Below, one piece after another: positions 15,704 to 24,297 of a DNA stretch of 25,842 nt. The position numbers were made by a program, and so were the translations under genes. Origin of the DNA: a virus. Taxonomy: Duplodnaviria; Caudoviricetes. Numbering within the stretch: the stretch's first letter is position 1; each line of letters opens with the position of its first letter. Where the stretch lies: the IMG/VR virus record IMGVR_UViG_3300042317_000788, positions 1-25,842 of that record, one strand, 5' to 3'. The notes beneath the pieces were generated by a model. That model had not been told where the DNA came from, did not search any database, and was given only the letters and a program-made list of their open reading frames with translations.

Positions 15704-16798
15704 ATGAAAAAAATTAACATATTAATTCCTATGGCTGGAAATGGTCAAAGGTTTATAGATGCTGGGTATAGTGTACCAAAATTTTTAATTGATATTTTTG
15801 GTAGGCCAATGATCGAGCATGTTGTTGATAGTTTAGGAATTAATGGAAACTACATTTATATTGTTCAAAAAACACATTACCTTAAATATAATCTTGAAGT
15901 GTTATTAAATTCAATTACTCCAGGATGTACAATCATACAATTAGATGAAAAAACTGATGGTGCTGCTAGAACAACTCTTTATGCAGAAAATATTATAAAC
16001 AATGACAACCCATTAATTATTTTTAATTCTGATCAAATTATTGAATGGGACAGCAAATCTTTTGAAAATTTTATTGATCGTGATTTAGATGGAGTAGTTG
16101 TAACATTTAAAGCAGAGGGCCCTAAGTGGTCGTATGTAAAAATAAATGACTTAGGTTTAATTGATGAAGTTGCAGAAAAAATACAAATAAGCAATGATGC
16201 AACTGCAGGAGTTTATTATTGGTCTAAAGGATCTGATTACGTTACTTCTGCTAAACAGATGATAGAAAAAAATATAAAAGTTAATGATGAGTTTTATGTT
16301 GCTCCTGTGTATAATGAGGCTATATTAAATAATAAAAAAATATATGCGCTTCCATTAAAAAAAATGTGGGCTGTCGGAACTCCAGAAGATTTAGAAATTT
16401 ATATTTCAAAACAAAAAGAATACTATTTTAATAAACCAAAAACAATTTTTTGTGATATTGATGGAACAATACTTAAACATGTTCATAGTTTTAATAATAT
16501 ATTTTTAACGGAGCCAATTCTTTTAGATGGAGTTATAGAAAAATTTAATGACTGGGATGCAAAAGGCTATAAGATTATACTAACTACCGCAAGAAAAGAG
16601 TCTGCAAGACAGATAACAGAGCAACATCTTAATAATTTAGGATTATGTTGGGATTATTTATTAATGGGCATAACAAGTGGTCAAAGATTTTTAATTAATG
16701 ATAAACTTTATATTGATGATAAAGATAGGGCAGTTTCTATAAATATTATTACTGATAGTGGATTTAAGAGTATAGATTGGGATAATTATAATTTATGA
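15704..16798 (+). CDS. Sugar nucleotidyltransferase-like domain fused to HAD phosphatase
   Basis: IPMAGNGQRF...PKFLI, EVAEK.QIS, EFYVAPVYN, GTPEDL; then IFCDIDGTI and LTTARK. Confidence 0.85.
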   Translation: MKKINILIPMAGNGQRFIDAGYSVPKFLIDIFGRPMIEHVVDSLGINGNYIYIVQKTHYLKYNLEVLLNSITPGCTIIQLDEKTDGAARTTLYAENIINNDNPLIIFNSDQIIEWDSKSFENFIDRDLDGVVVTFKAEGPKWSYVKINDLGLIDEVAEKIQISNDATAGVYYWSKGSDYVTSAKQMIEKNIKVNDEFYVAPVYNEAILNNKKIYALPLKKMWAVGTPEDLEIYISKQKEYYFNKPKTIFCDIDGTILKHVHSFNNIFLTEPILLDGVIEKFNDWDAKGYKIILTTARKESARQITEQHLNNLGLCWDYLLMGITSGQRFLINDKLYIDDKDRAVSINIITDSGFKSIDWDNYNL

Positions 16799-17223
16799 AA
16801 CTTATTTCTCATAGAGGAAATTTAATTGGTCCAAATGTTTTAGAAAATAGTCCAAAATTTTTAATACAAGCAATTGAAAAAGGTTTTGATGTTGAAGTAG
16901 ATATACGACTAATTGATAAAAAATGGTATCTTGGTCATGATAATCCAGAATACGAAATAACTGAAAGTTTTATTGAAGAAATAAATAACTTTACCTGGTT
17001 TCATTGTAAAAATTTAGAAGCCTTACATACATTTGATAAAAATAATCATAAATTTTTTTGGCATCAGACAGATGATTTTTCTCTTACTAGTAATGGGTAT
17101 ATTTGGACTTATCCAGGAAAACAAATTAATATAAAATCAATTATTGTTGATTTAAAAAAAATAAATTTAAATCAATATCAAAATTGTTATGGAATTTGCG
17201 GTGATTACGTTGAAATGGTATAA
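16795..17223 (+). CDS. Glycerophosphodiester phosphodiesterase-like (PLC-like) protein
   Basis: ISHRGN...ENSP...GFDVEVDI...LGHD...WFHCKN. Confidence 0.75.
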   Translation: MKLISHRGNLIGPNVLENSPKFLIQAIEKGFDVEVDIRLIDKKWYLGHDNPEYEITESFIEEINNFTWFHCKNLEALHTFDKNNHKFFWHQTDDFSLTSNGYIWTYPGKQINIKSIIVDLKKINLNQYQNCYGICGDYVEMV

Positions 17224-17224
17224 T
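17216..17224 (+). promoter_or_regulatory. Extended -10 promoter overlapping stop codon
   Basis: TGGTATAAT upstream of SD AGGAGG and ATG 17244. Confidence 0.6.
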
Positions 17225-17243
17225 GTAATTATAGGAGGTTTTA

Positions 17244-18338
17244 ATGGCTTTACATATTAATAATATTGAAGATAAAAAAGGATTTAGAAATTATGATTTT
17301 TTAGATAAAACTGCTCAACTGTTATATTTTAAAGAAGAAAAATTTATTCACGGACTTAATGATAACACTCACAGCATTGATAGTTTATTGTCTCGTTCTT
17401 TTTATCCAATTCAAGTTATTGAAAGAAATACATTTGAATCAAAACATATTTTTTCTAAAGCAGAAAGAATTGATCTTAGAGATAATAGATTAAAACTTTT
17501 TATTCCTAGTGATTCTATTTTTTATCATTTTTTTCTTGAAACAATTCCACAAATTATGTCATTTAATAAAAAATTTCCAGATGCTTTAATAGTTATAGAT
17601 TCTTATCGTGTTGTTTCTAGAAAAGGTGGACAGCCTTATCTAGATTTTCTTAAAAAATGTTTAGATAATAATAATATCAAATATCTTTTTTTAGAAAATG
17701 AATGTGTTGTTGCAATAAATAATTTTTATTTTTTTGAAGGCCTAGATGGTTCAGATGGCAAGATAAATATCATTTATAATACTGTTAAACAATTCGTAAA
17801 ATCAATTAATACTAATCCAACTAAAAAAGTATATGTAAGTAGAAGATATATTTCTGGAAAAAGAAATAAATATTATTTAAACGAAATGTTAAAAAGAAAT
17901 AAATGGATAGAGCAAGATGAAATAGACTTTATTATAACAGATTTTGATATTAGAATGCATAATGAAGAAATTTTAGAAAATTTTTTTAAATCCTGTAATT
18001 TTGAAATAGTATATCCCGAAAACTTTAATAGTTTTGAAGAACAAATAAATTATTTTAATGATGTAAAAACAGTAATCTCAACAACATCTTCGGGATTAGT
18101 TAATACTATTTTTATGCCGCCAGGAGGAGAGGTTATTGAATTGTTGACTCCTAATATATCTGGATCTGAAAGTGGCTTTGAATTATATTGTTTTCAATAT
18201 TTAGCAATCTCATATGCTAAAAAACATTCTTATTTAGGAATACCAAGTAAATTTGATGGCAGTTTAATGGTAGAATATTTATATAATAATAAACAACTTT
18301 TTAACTTTTTGTGTGATGGCAACAATGTACACAGATGA
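17244..18338 (+). CDS. Glycosyltransferase family 61 (DUF563)-like
   Basis: FYHFFLETIP, KVYVSRR, RMHNEE.LE, FEIVYPEN..FEEQI, SSGLVNTIFMPPGGEVIEL. Confidence 0.8.
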   Translation: MALHINNIEDKKGFRNYDFLDKTAQLLYFKEEKFIHGLNDNTHSIDSLLSRSFYPIQVIERNTFESKHIFSKAERIDLRDNRLKLFIPSDSIFYHFFLETIPQIMSFNKKFPDALIVIDSYRVVSRKGGQPYLDFLKKCLDNNNIKYLFLENECVVAINNFYFFEGLDGSDGKINIIYNTVKQFVKSINTNPTKKVYVSRRYISGKRNKYYLNEMLKRNKWIEQDEIDFIITDFDIRMHNEEILENFFKSCNFEIVYPENFNSFEEQINYFNDVKTVISTTSSGLVNTIFMPPGGEVIELLTPNISGSESGFELYCFQYLAISYAKKHSYLGIPSKFDGSLMVEYLYNNKQLFNFLCDGNNVHR

Positions 18339-18555
18339 AATGAAACGAGCCGTTAGATCTTTGACTCCTCCAAGTGGATTTGGCGTAGACATAATTGACA
18401 ATGAGCATTTTATTACAGTAAGAGCAGATGAAAAAAGTTTTATGAGTTTGTTTGACAGAGACAAGAGACTTGCTGTAGAATATATGGTAAGAGTTAAAAA
18501 AGCCTTAGAAGAAAATGGGGCTATAGTATTCCTAGTTAGGACTGGTGGAAAATGA
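18325..18555 (+). CDS. Hypothetical protein
   Basis: MYTDEMKRAVRSL...; overlaps both neighbours. Confidence 0.7.
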   Translation: MYTDEMKRAVRSLTPPSGFGVDIIDNEHFITVRADEKSFMSLFDRDKRLAVEYMVRVKKALEENGAIVFLVRTGGK

Positions 18556-18674
18556 TTATTAAAAAACTCTTGTGTAAGATCAAGGGACACATACTTGCAA
18601 ATGCTGGTTCATGTCCATTTACTGGTAATACTTATTTAGCATGTACTCGTTGTAAGGTTCTAAAGGCTATTTGA
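18552..18674 (+). CDS. 40 aa Cys/His zinc-binding microprotein (not in ORF track)
   Basis: MIIKKLLCKIKGHILANAGSCPFTGNTYLACTRCKVLKAI; ATGA and TGATG coupling on both sides. Confidence 0.7.
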   Translation: MIIKKLLCKIKGHILANAGSCPFTGNTYLACTRCKVLKAI

Positions 18675-19177
18675 TGCAAACATTTCTTCCGTCTAGTAAC
18701 ATTTCATATACCGCAAAATCTTTAGACAATAAAAGACTTAACAAACAGATCCTTGAGGGGTATCAAATACTCAAGGTGTTGTCAGGAGAGTCACCATCTG
18801 GAGCATGGCGTAATCATCCAGCAGTGCTTATGTGGAAGGGCTATGAGACTGGTCTATGGTCTTATATACAGCATATGATAGAAGAGGCTAAAGTTCGGGG
18901 TATTAAAACAATCAATAATGAAAATAACCTTAACGATCTTAAAGAAAAATGTTCGGGTAGATGGGGAAAAACTCCGCCAATGTTTTGGCTTAATGACAAT
19001 AAAGTAATGCGTATTACAACAACACATAAAGCAAATCTATTTAAAAAAGATCCTATTTTTTATAGTAAGTATCAGTATGCAGTAAGCAGTCCATACAATA
19101 AACCATGTTGTGAAAAATGCAATTATTATTGGCCAACACACGCACAAAGAAATGAGTTGCTAAATGCAGTTAGTTAG
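18674..19177 (+). CDS. Pyrimidine-dimer DNA glycosylase-like (MSMEG_6728/DenV family)
   Basis: MQTFLP...LDNKRLNKQILEGYQIL...WRNHPAVLMWKG...HKANL..KDP.FY...YYWP. Confidence 0.85.
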   Translation: MQTFLPSSNISYTAKSLDNKRLNKQILEGYQILKVLSGESPSGAWRNHPAVLMWKGYETGLWSYIQHMIEEAKVRGIKTINNENNLNDLKEKCSGRWGKTPPMFWLNDNKVMRITTTHKANLFKKDPIFYSKYQYAVSSPYNKPCCEKCNYYWPTHAQRNELLNAVS

Positions 19178-19568
19178 TTTAATTACCTTTACTGGTTTAT
19201 TTTTAAGTATCTGTGTAATTATATCTTTATCTTATAAAGTTCATCTATTAAGAACTGCATTAGGACAATCTATTTTAGACAACAAAGTTGTGTCTTCAAT
19301 TGCAGATACATTAAAAGATCAATTATCTTTTATTAAAGATGAAACTGATGAAACACAGGAACATTTTATAAAATTTTTATCAGATTCAAGACAAGTGGCC
19401 TATGATTATATTGAAGAAACAATCAATGCAATTAATGAAATTATCTTATATTGTGAACAACAAATAGATCAACCTAAACTGGCAGATCTTTATTCAGATG
19501 CTAAACTAAAGTTTATAGTAGATAAACTTAAACCCCTCGTTGAGCAAACAGCAAAAGATTTATCGTAA
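19164..19568 (+). CDS. Hypothetical protein with N-terminal TM
   Basis: Hydrophobic N-terminus; FIKFLSDSR..AYDYIE. Confidence 0.7.
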   Translation: MQLVSLITFTGLFLSICVIISLSYKVHLLRTALGQSILDNKVVSSIADTLKDQLSFIKDETDETQEHFIKFLSDSRQVAYDYIEETINAINEIILYCEQQIDQPKLADLYSDAKLKFIVDKLKPLVEQTAKDLS

Positions 19569-19603
19569 TCTACGATATAATAGTATATGGAAGAGGTGAT
19601 TAA

Positions 19604-19888
19604 ATGAATAATGAACAACTAAAAGCAATGCTTTCAAGTTATGGTCGATCAGTTCTTGCAAGCGTAATTGCTCTATACACCGCTGGAATCACAGATCCTA
19701 AAGATATGTGGGCAGCATTTGTAGCAGCATTAGTTCCAGTTGCACTTCGTGCAGCCAATCCAAAGGATAAATCTTTTGGAAAATTTGATGCAGTTGCAAA
19801 AGATGTAGAGATTGCACTTAAAAATGTTAAGCCAGTCAAAAAAGCAGCAAAGAAAGTTGCCAAGAAATCAACAACTGTTAAAAAATAA
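19604..19888 (+). CDS. Small two-TM holin-like protein with Lys/Ala tail
   Basis: SYGRSVLASVIALY...AAFVAALVPVALRAANPKD.SFG; tail KKAAKKVAKK; SD GAGGTG. Confidence 0.6.
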   Translation: MNNEQLKAMLSSYGRSVLASVIALYTAGITDPKDMWAAFVAALVPVALRAANPKDKSFGKFDAVAKDVEIALKNVKPVKKAAKKVAKKSTTVKK

Positions 19889-19897
19889 TAATAAGTT

Positions 19898-19933
19898 ATA
19901 GCAGGGTGGTGTAATTACTGCCCTGTTATTTTT
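19898..19933. terminator. Terminator hairpin between convergent genes
   Basis: ATAGCAGGGTGGTG-TAAT-TACTGCCCTGTTAT followed by T run; G-U pairs favour the + strand. Confidence 0.8.
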
Positions 19934-20231
19934 AATATTTTACAGGAACATTTTTTCTTAAAACAGCAACTTTAACATTATCGTTAGGTGTTATTAAATA
20001 TAAGTGATCTATTAATGTTGCAGTTGTAATCCTTATTGATTCATTTGGACCCAATCTGTGTCCAAAATTATCAAAGGTTAACTTTGAATATTGATGATTA
20101 GTTCCAATATAAACATATCCGTAATCGCTAATATTTTGTATGTAGATATTCATCCCATTATGCTCTACGGTTGGAGTAATTTGTATTGGTTCTGAAGTTT
20201 TTGATACATTATAAACTTGATGGCTTGACAT
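19932..20231 (-). CDS. Hypothetical beta-rich protein, leaderless
   Basis: 99 aa, IYIQN...YVYIG...FGHRL; its own TGATACAAT lies 6 nt before the ATG. Confidence 0.75.
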   Translation of the reverse strand: MSSHQVYNVSKTSEPIQITPTVEHNGMNIYIQNISDYGYVYIGTNHQYSKLTFDNFGHRLGPNESIRITTATLIDHLYLITPNDNVKVAVLRKNVPVKY

Positions 20232-20237
20232 AAAATA

Positions 20238-20260
20238 ATTGTATCATAAAATGCTATAAT
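20238..20260. promoter_or_regulatory. Back-to-back divergent extended -10 promoters
   Basis: Minus strand TGATACAAT (20246-20238); plus strand TGCTATAAT (20252-20260). Confidence 0.7.
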
Positions 20261-20278
20261 TAATAAAAAGGAATAAAA

Positions 20279-20968
20279 ATGAACTTTGTATACATATGTA
20301 AAGATGGTGAAAACGAAGAACTTAGATACTCAATTAGATCTGTTGTAAAAAATACTAATGATCCAAAAATTTGGGTAGTTGGTGGAAAACCAGATTGGTA
20401 TGTTGGAAATTATATTTCAGTATTACAAGATCAACATAAGTATCAAAATGCACTTAATAATCTTAGGGCTGCCTGTGCATCTGAAGAAATACCTGAAGAC
20501 TTTATATTAATGAATGATGATTTCTATATTACAAATAAAATAGATGAAGTAAAAATATATAACAATGGATCACTTGAAGATCAAATAAATCAGTATCATA
20601 ATCTTGGGCTTAGGTCTACTTATTTACACAGACTAGGAAAAACATATGCCTATCTACAAAGAAGAGACATACCAAACCCTATTAGTTATGAAGTTCACGT
20701 GCCAATGCCAATGAAAAAAAGCAAACTAATAACTATTCTTGAAGAAAATTATTCAACACTTTGGAGATCAAAGTATGGAAATACATTTAACATTGGCGGA
20801 GAAACAATAAAAGATGTCAAGGTTCACAAAAGTGGTGGGTTAGTTGCACTTTCATATAATCAGGACCAAGAACAAATTCCTTACTTGTCTAGCGCAGATA
20901 GTTCTTTTATGTTTTTGTTAGATTATTTAACTACAAACTTTTCAGAAAAATCTACATATGAGCGATAA
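20279..20968 (+). CDS. Stealth-like (hexose-1-phosphoryltransferase CR2-like) protein
   Basis: EELRYSIRSV, IWVVGGKPDW, EDFILMNDDFY, HVPMPM. Confidence 0.7.
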   Translation: MNFVYICKDGENEELRYSIRSVVKNTNDPKIWVVGGKPDWYVGNYISVLQDQHKYQNALNNLRAACASEEIPEDFILMNDDFYITNKIDEVKIYNNGSLEDQINQYHNLGLRSTYLHRLGKTYAYLQRRDIPNPISYEVHVPMPMKKSKLITILEENYSTLWRSKYGNTFNIGGETIKDVKVHKSGGLVALSYNQDQEQIPYLSSADSSFMFLLDYLTTNFSEKSTYER

Positions 20969-21992
20969 GGTCTAAGTACTTATCCTTTAAATTATTTTTA
21001 GCAAAATGATTTAATCCTATTTGTAATGCAGAATCTTTCATTTCACGCTTATCTTTGTTATCCATATACTCATCAACAATGGCTGCTAAATGTTCTGGAT
21101 TTCCATCATATACATCTACTAACGATTTGGCTTGAAAACTATTGATGTGTTCAGATTTTACTAACCATTCTTTAGGAAGAATTAAATTGTTTGGCGATAT
21201 GTCCGTCATAAATACTGGTAGTCCACTAATCAATGCTTCATTCATTGGAAGACACAGACCAGCATACCTTCTTGGCAAAAGCATAGCATCAAACCCATTA
21301 TAAAGTTCTTCCCTATTTTCTGGGTTACTATTATTAAGTGTAACTCTTGAATCTTTTAAATCTAATTCTGGAAACTTTTGTGTTGTAATTACTAACTCAT
21401 AACTTGCCTTTGAATACTTAAGCATTTGCAAAACAGTATCAGTTCCATTTCTATCCTTTGCTGCAAACTTTCCACCAACGTGCAATAATCTATTATGATC
21501 TTTTGACATATTGTTTTGTCTAACATTTTCAAACAAAGTTGAATCAGTTGGAGGTGGAAGATGGATTACTTTACATCTGCCATTAACCATTTTTTCAATT
21601 TGATCTATATTCCATAAACTTGGGGCAAGTAAAACATCTGGAAGTTCTGCTTCTGGAACAGACATATTAAGTAAGAATTCAAAATTATATTGTAAGATTG
21701 TTTTAATACCTCTTCGTTTAGCATAATGTAAAAAATCTTGTCTATAAAAAGTTTCACAACTTAGGACTACATCTATACCTCTTAAAAATTCTATTACTTC
21801 TGGTTTTGTTGGAAACCCGCTTAGTGTAGTTGTTACATTATAATCTTTATACCATTCTGGATGTTGTTCATTGCCATTGAAATGTTGTGAGTCAATCAAT
21901 AAAATTTTGTCGGGATTAAGCATCTTAACTAACTCCCGTGTTTGATTTCCTAGTCCAGTATTATCAGATCTAGCAATAATTCCAAGTGTCAT
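20952..21992 (-). CDS. GT-B glycosyltransferase (GT4-like)
   Basis: TGLGNQTREL, LLHVGG, ELYNGFDAMLLPRRYAGLCLPMNEALISGLPVFMTD. Confidence 0.85.
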   Translation of the reverse strand: MTLGIIARSDNTGLGNQTRELVKMLNPDKILLIDSQHFNGNEQHPEWYKDYNVTTTLSGFPTKPEVIEFLRGIDVVLSCETFYRQDFLHYAKRRGIKTILQYNFEFLLNMSVPEAELPDVLLAPSLWNIDQIEKMVNGRCKVIHLPPPTDSTLFENVRQNNMSKDHNRLLHVGGKFAAKDRNGTDTVLQMLKYSKASYELVITTQKFPELDLKDSRVTLNNSNPENREELYNGFDAMLLPRRYAGLCLPMNEALISGLPVFMTDISPNNLILPKEWLVKSEHINSFQAKSLVDVYDGNPEHLAAIVDEYMDNKDKREMKDSALQIGLNHFAKNNLKDKYLDLIAHM

Positions 21993-22750
21993 CCAGTATA
22001 TCCCCTAATCTCATCATCGCTTGTATATTTACGTGTTCCTTTACGACCATCTAAATGGTATGATCTTTTAATGTTTCCTTCTGGATGATATATCCAAAGT
22101 TTGTGTTTTTCCCATCCTTCTTCACTAAAACTATCATAAGGCAAAATGTCATCTTGAATTATTCCATGAGTCCTATCTTCAATAAAAGCACATTCATCAA
22201 GTGGTGGCAAGATTACATTTCTATAATATGAAACCCTACTTAAATGTGGCCTTTGACTCCATTGAGCAGTTTGTAAAAATTCATCTTCTAATTTAAACAT
22301 TAAGTGTTTGTGTGGTTCTGGAATAGATGCTTCAAAATGAAATCTTATCGTATTTGCTTTTTCATACTCAATCATATCCAAGCATTTTTGCCAATCAATC
22401 TCTATATCTGGAGTTAGTGGAGTATCTCCTTCAACGTATAAAAGCAAAGATGTTTGTATTTCACTTATTGTTTCTCTCATCATTGTTGTTTGATGGCTGT
22501 GTTGATCAAAAATAATTGGTAAAATATTTTTATATTCATGCAAGCATTTCCAAAGTATACGATTTTTATATTCATCGTAATCATTTTTTCTATGCAACTG
22601 TTCTTTTCTCAACCCATCAATTTGCATAATGATTTCATTATCTGGAAAATGTGCCCTAATACTATTTATTGTTTCTTCAATCATTTCTGTATTTGGATGG
22701 TCTGGAATTATAGATGTTGCTAAAATTATTGTCACATCATTTTTGTGCAT
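21989..22750 (-). CDS. GT-A glycosyltransferase-like
   Basis: VTIILATS, IIMQIDG, LLYVEGD, WSQRPHL, HLDGR. Confidence 0.65.
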   Translation of the reverse strand: MHKNDVTIILATSIIPDHPNTEMIEETINSIRAHFPDNEIIMQIDGLRKEQLHRKNDYDEYKNRILWKCLHEYKNILPIIFDQHSHQTTMMRETISEIQTSLLLYVEGDTPLTPDIEIDWQKCLDMIEYEKANTIRFHFEASIPEPHKHLMFKLEDEFLQTAQWSQRPHLSRVSYYRNVILPPLDECAFIEDRTHGIIQDDILPYDSFSEEGWEKHKLWIYHPEGNIKRSYHLDGRKGTRKYTSDDEIRGYTG

Positions 22751-23597
22751 TGATTTGCCTCATTAACTTAATTCCAAAATCTCTTTTGTATTTGATCCAC
22801 CAGCATACCACAGTATGCATATTGTTTGGATAATCTTTTAATAAATTTAATACAATAGCAGGCAATTCATTCCAGTCTTTTGTTTTATGAAATGGAACTG
22901 TTTTGTTAAATACACGTTGATAAAAATCATCTTCTAAACCACTTGAATCTCTAAGATCTGCTATTGGCAAAGACATCATTTCTATTGCTTCAAACAATCT
23001 AAAAGAATCAATTGCTACAGCCCCTGCAGGGCAAGGAGCAATTCTTGAACTCATTAGGTTGTTGTAGTAGTCAATCGGCTTATCTCCCTTAGCAAAGCCA
23101 TCTGTAGGCTTGTATAGGGCATTTTCAATCAATGGCATTACTTCTGCTAATTGCTGCCTCCTTTGATGTGTAATTTGTCCACCAAAAAATGCATCATATA
23201 TTTTATTCTTATAATTAGGCAAATTATTTTTTAAATGCTGTGGCACACCAATCGGAAATTTATTATACTGCTCATGTTTTTTATGAGGGTATTGAATCCA
23301 AATCTCAGCATTAGGATGATCTATTCTATCTATATCAAAGACTCCTTCTTCATCCCCTGTTATAAATAAAACTAATCTAGATATATTTTTTAATTCTTTT
23401 GATATATGTTTTTCATGTCCTATATTTTGTGGTCCAGGAATTACAACAAACGCTCTATCTGTTATAGGTAAAGAGTTAACTTTAATTTGTTCTATGTTAT
23501 GGTTATCAAATATTTCTTTTAGAAGACCGTAATCCCATTTGTCAGCAGCACAATCTTCTTCATTAAAAGAATATAAATAACAGTTAGATTGCTTCAT
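22737..23597 (-). CDS. Exostosin/GT47-like glycosyltransferase
   Basis: FFGGQITHQRR, YYNNLMSSRIAPCPAG...DSFRLFEAIE...PI; likely start MKQSN at 23597. Confidence 0.7.
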   Translation of the reverse strand: MKQSNCYLYSFNEEDCAADKWDYGLLKEIFDNHNIEQIKVNSLPITDRAFVVIPGPQNIGHEKHISKELKNISRLVLFITGDEEGVFDIDRIDHPNAEIWIQYPHKKHEQYNKFPIGVPQHLKNNLPNYKNKIYDAFFGGQITHQRRQQLAEVMPLIENALYKPTDGFAKGDKPIDYYNNLMSSRIAPCPAGAVAIDSFRLFEAIEMMSLPIADLRDSSGLEDDFYQRVFNKTVPFHKTKDWNELPAIVLNLLKDYPNNMHTVVCWWIKYKRDFGIKLMRQINAQK

Positions 23598-24297
23598 AGA
23601 ATAAATGTACCTCATGTTGATAATCAATAAGAGTTTCTTGATATCCAATACCTTTAATAAATTGTCTTAAATCGTGCAAATATTCTTTCCAATACATCAT
23701 CATAAATTCTGGATGACCTGATAACCAAATTTTTGGTCTAAATTCTCTCATTGTTTTTTCAGCACCACCAAGTACACGCCATTCACTACCTTCAACATCC
23801 AATGAAATTGCGGTAGGTGGTTTTATTCCTTTTTCATAAACAAGTGTGTCAATTTTTGTTTGACCATATTTATCTGCTTCATGTTGAAGTTCTTTAAAAC
23901 CATGTGCTGCTTCAATTGGTGCATCTGCTTCTGGTGGAAATTCATTATAATAAATACGTGCAAGTTTATTATCTTTATCTGATGCAAAACCAGGTATACA
24001 AACGATTGGTTTTTCTAAATTATTTGCACTCCACAAAAGAGGAAAATGAGACCAAACTTTTGGATTGGGTTCAAATAAAACAACTTCTGCTCCCCACATT
24101 TGACACAAAGCAGGCATTTCTCCTTCTTCTGCACCAACATAGTAAACAACATCTCCTTTACCAATGTTTTCATGCATTGATTTAAGTCTTAGTTTTTCCC
24201 AACCATGAGGTTGATACCACTCAGGTCTATCTGCACGATGCTTTGGTAACATAATTTCAAAATCTCCATTAACTACTGCTTTGATCATTTCTGTCAT
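23584..24297 (-). CDS. FkbM-family SAM methyltransferase
   Basis: VYYVGAEEG, VLFEPNP, LDVEGSEWRVLGGA; start coupled by an ATGA overlap. Confidence 0.85.
   Translation of the reverse strand: MTEMIKAVVNGDFEIMLPKHRADRPEWYQPHGWEKLRLKSMHENIGKGDVVYYVGAEEGEMPALCQMWGAEVVLFEPNPKVWSHFPLLWSANNLEKPIVCIPGFASDKDNKLARIYYNEFPPEADAPIEAAHGFKELQHEADKYGQTKIDTLVYEKGIKPPTAISLDVEGSEWRVLGGAEKTMREFRPKIWLSGHPEFMMMYWKEYLHDLRQFIKGIGYQETLIDYQHEVHLFYEAI

Noticed and set aside
20225-20230. TTGACA as -35 for TATAAT at 20255
   Set aside because: The 24-nt spacer is too long, and the hexamer is explained by the first codons of the minus-strand gene.
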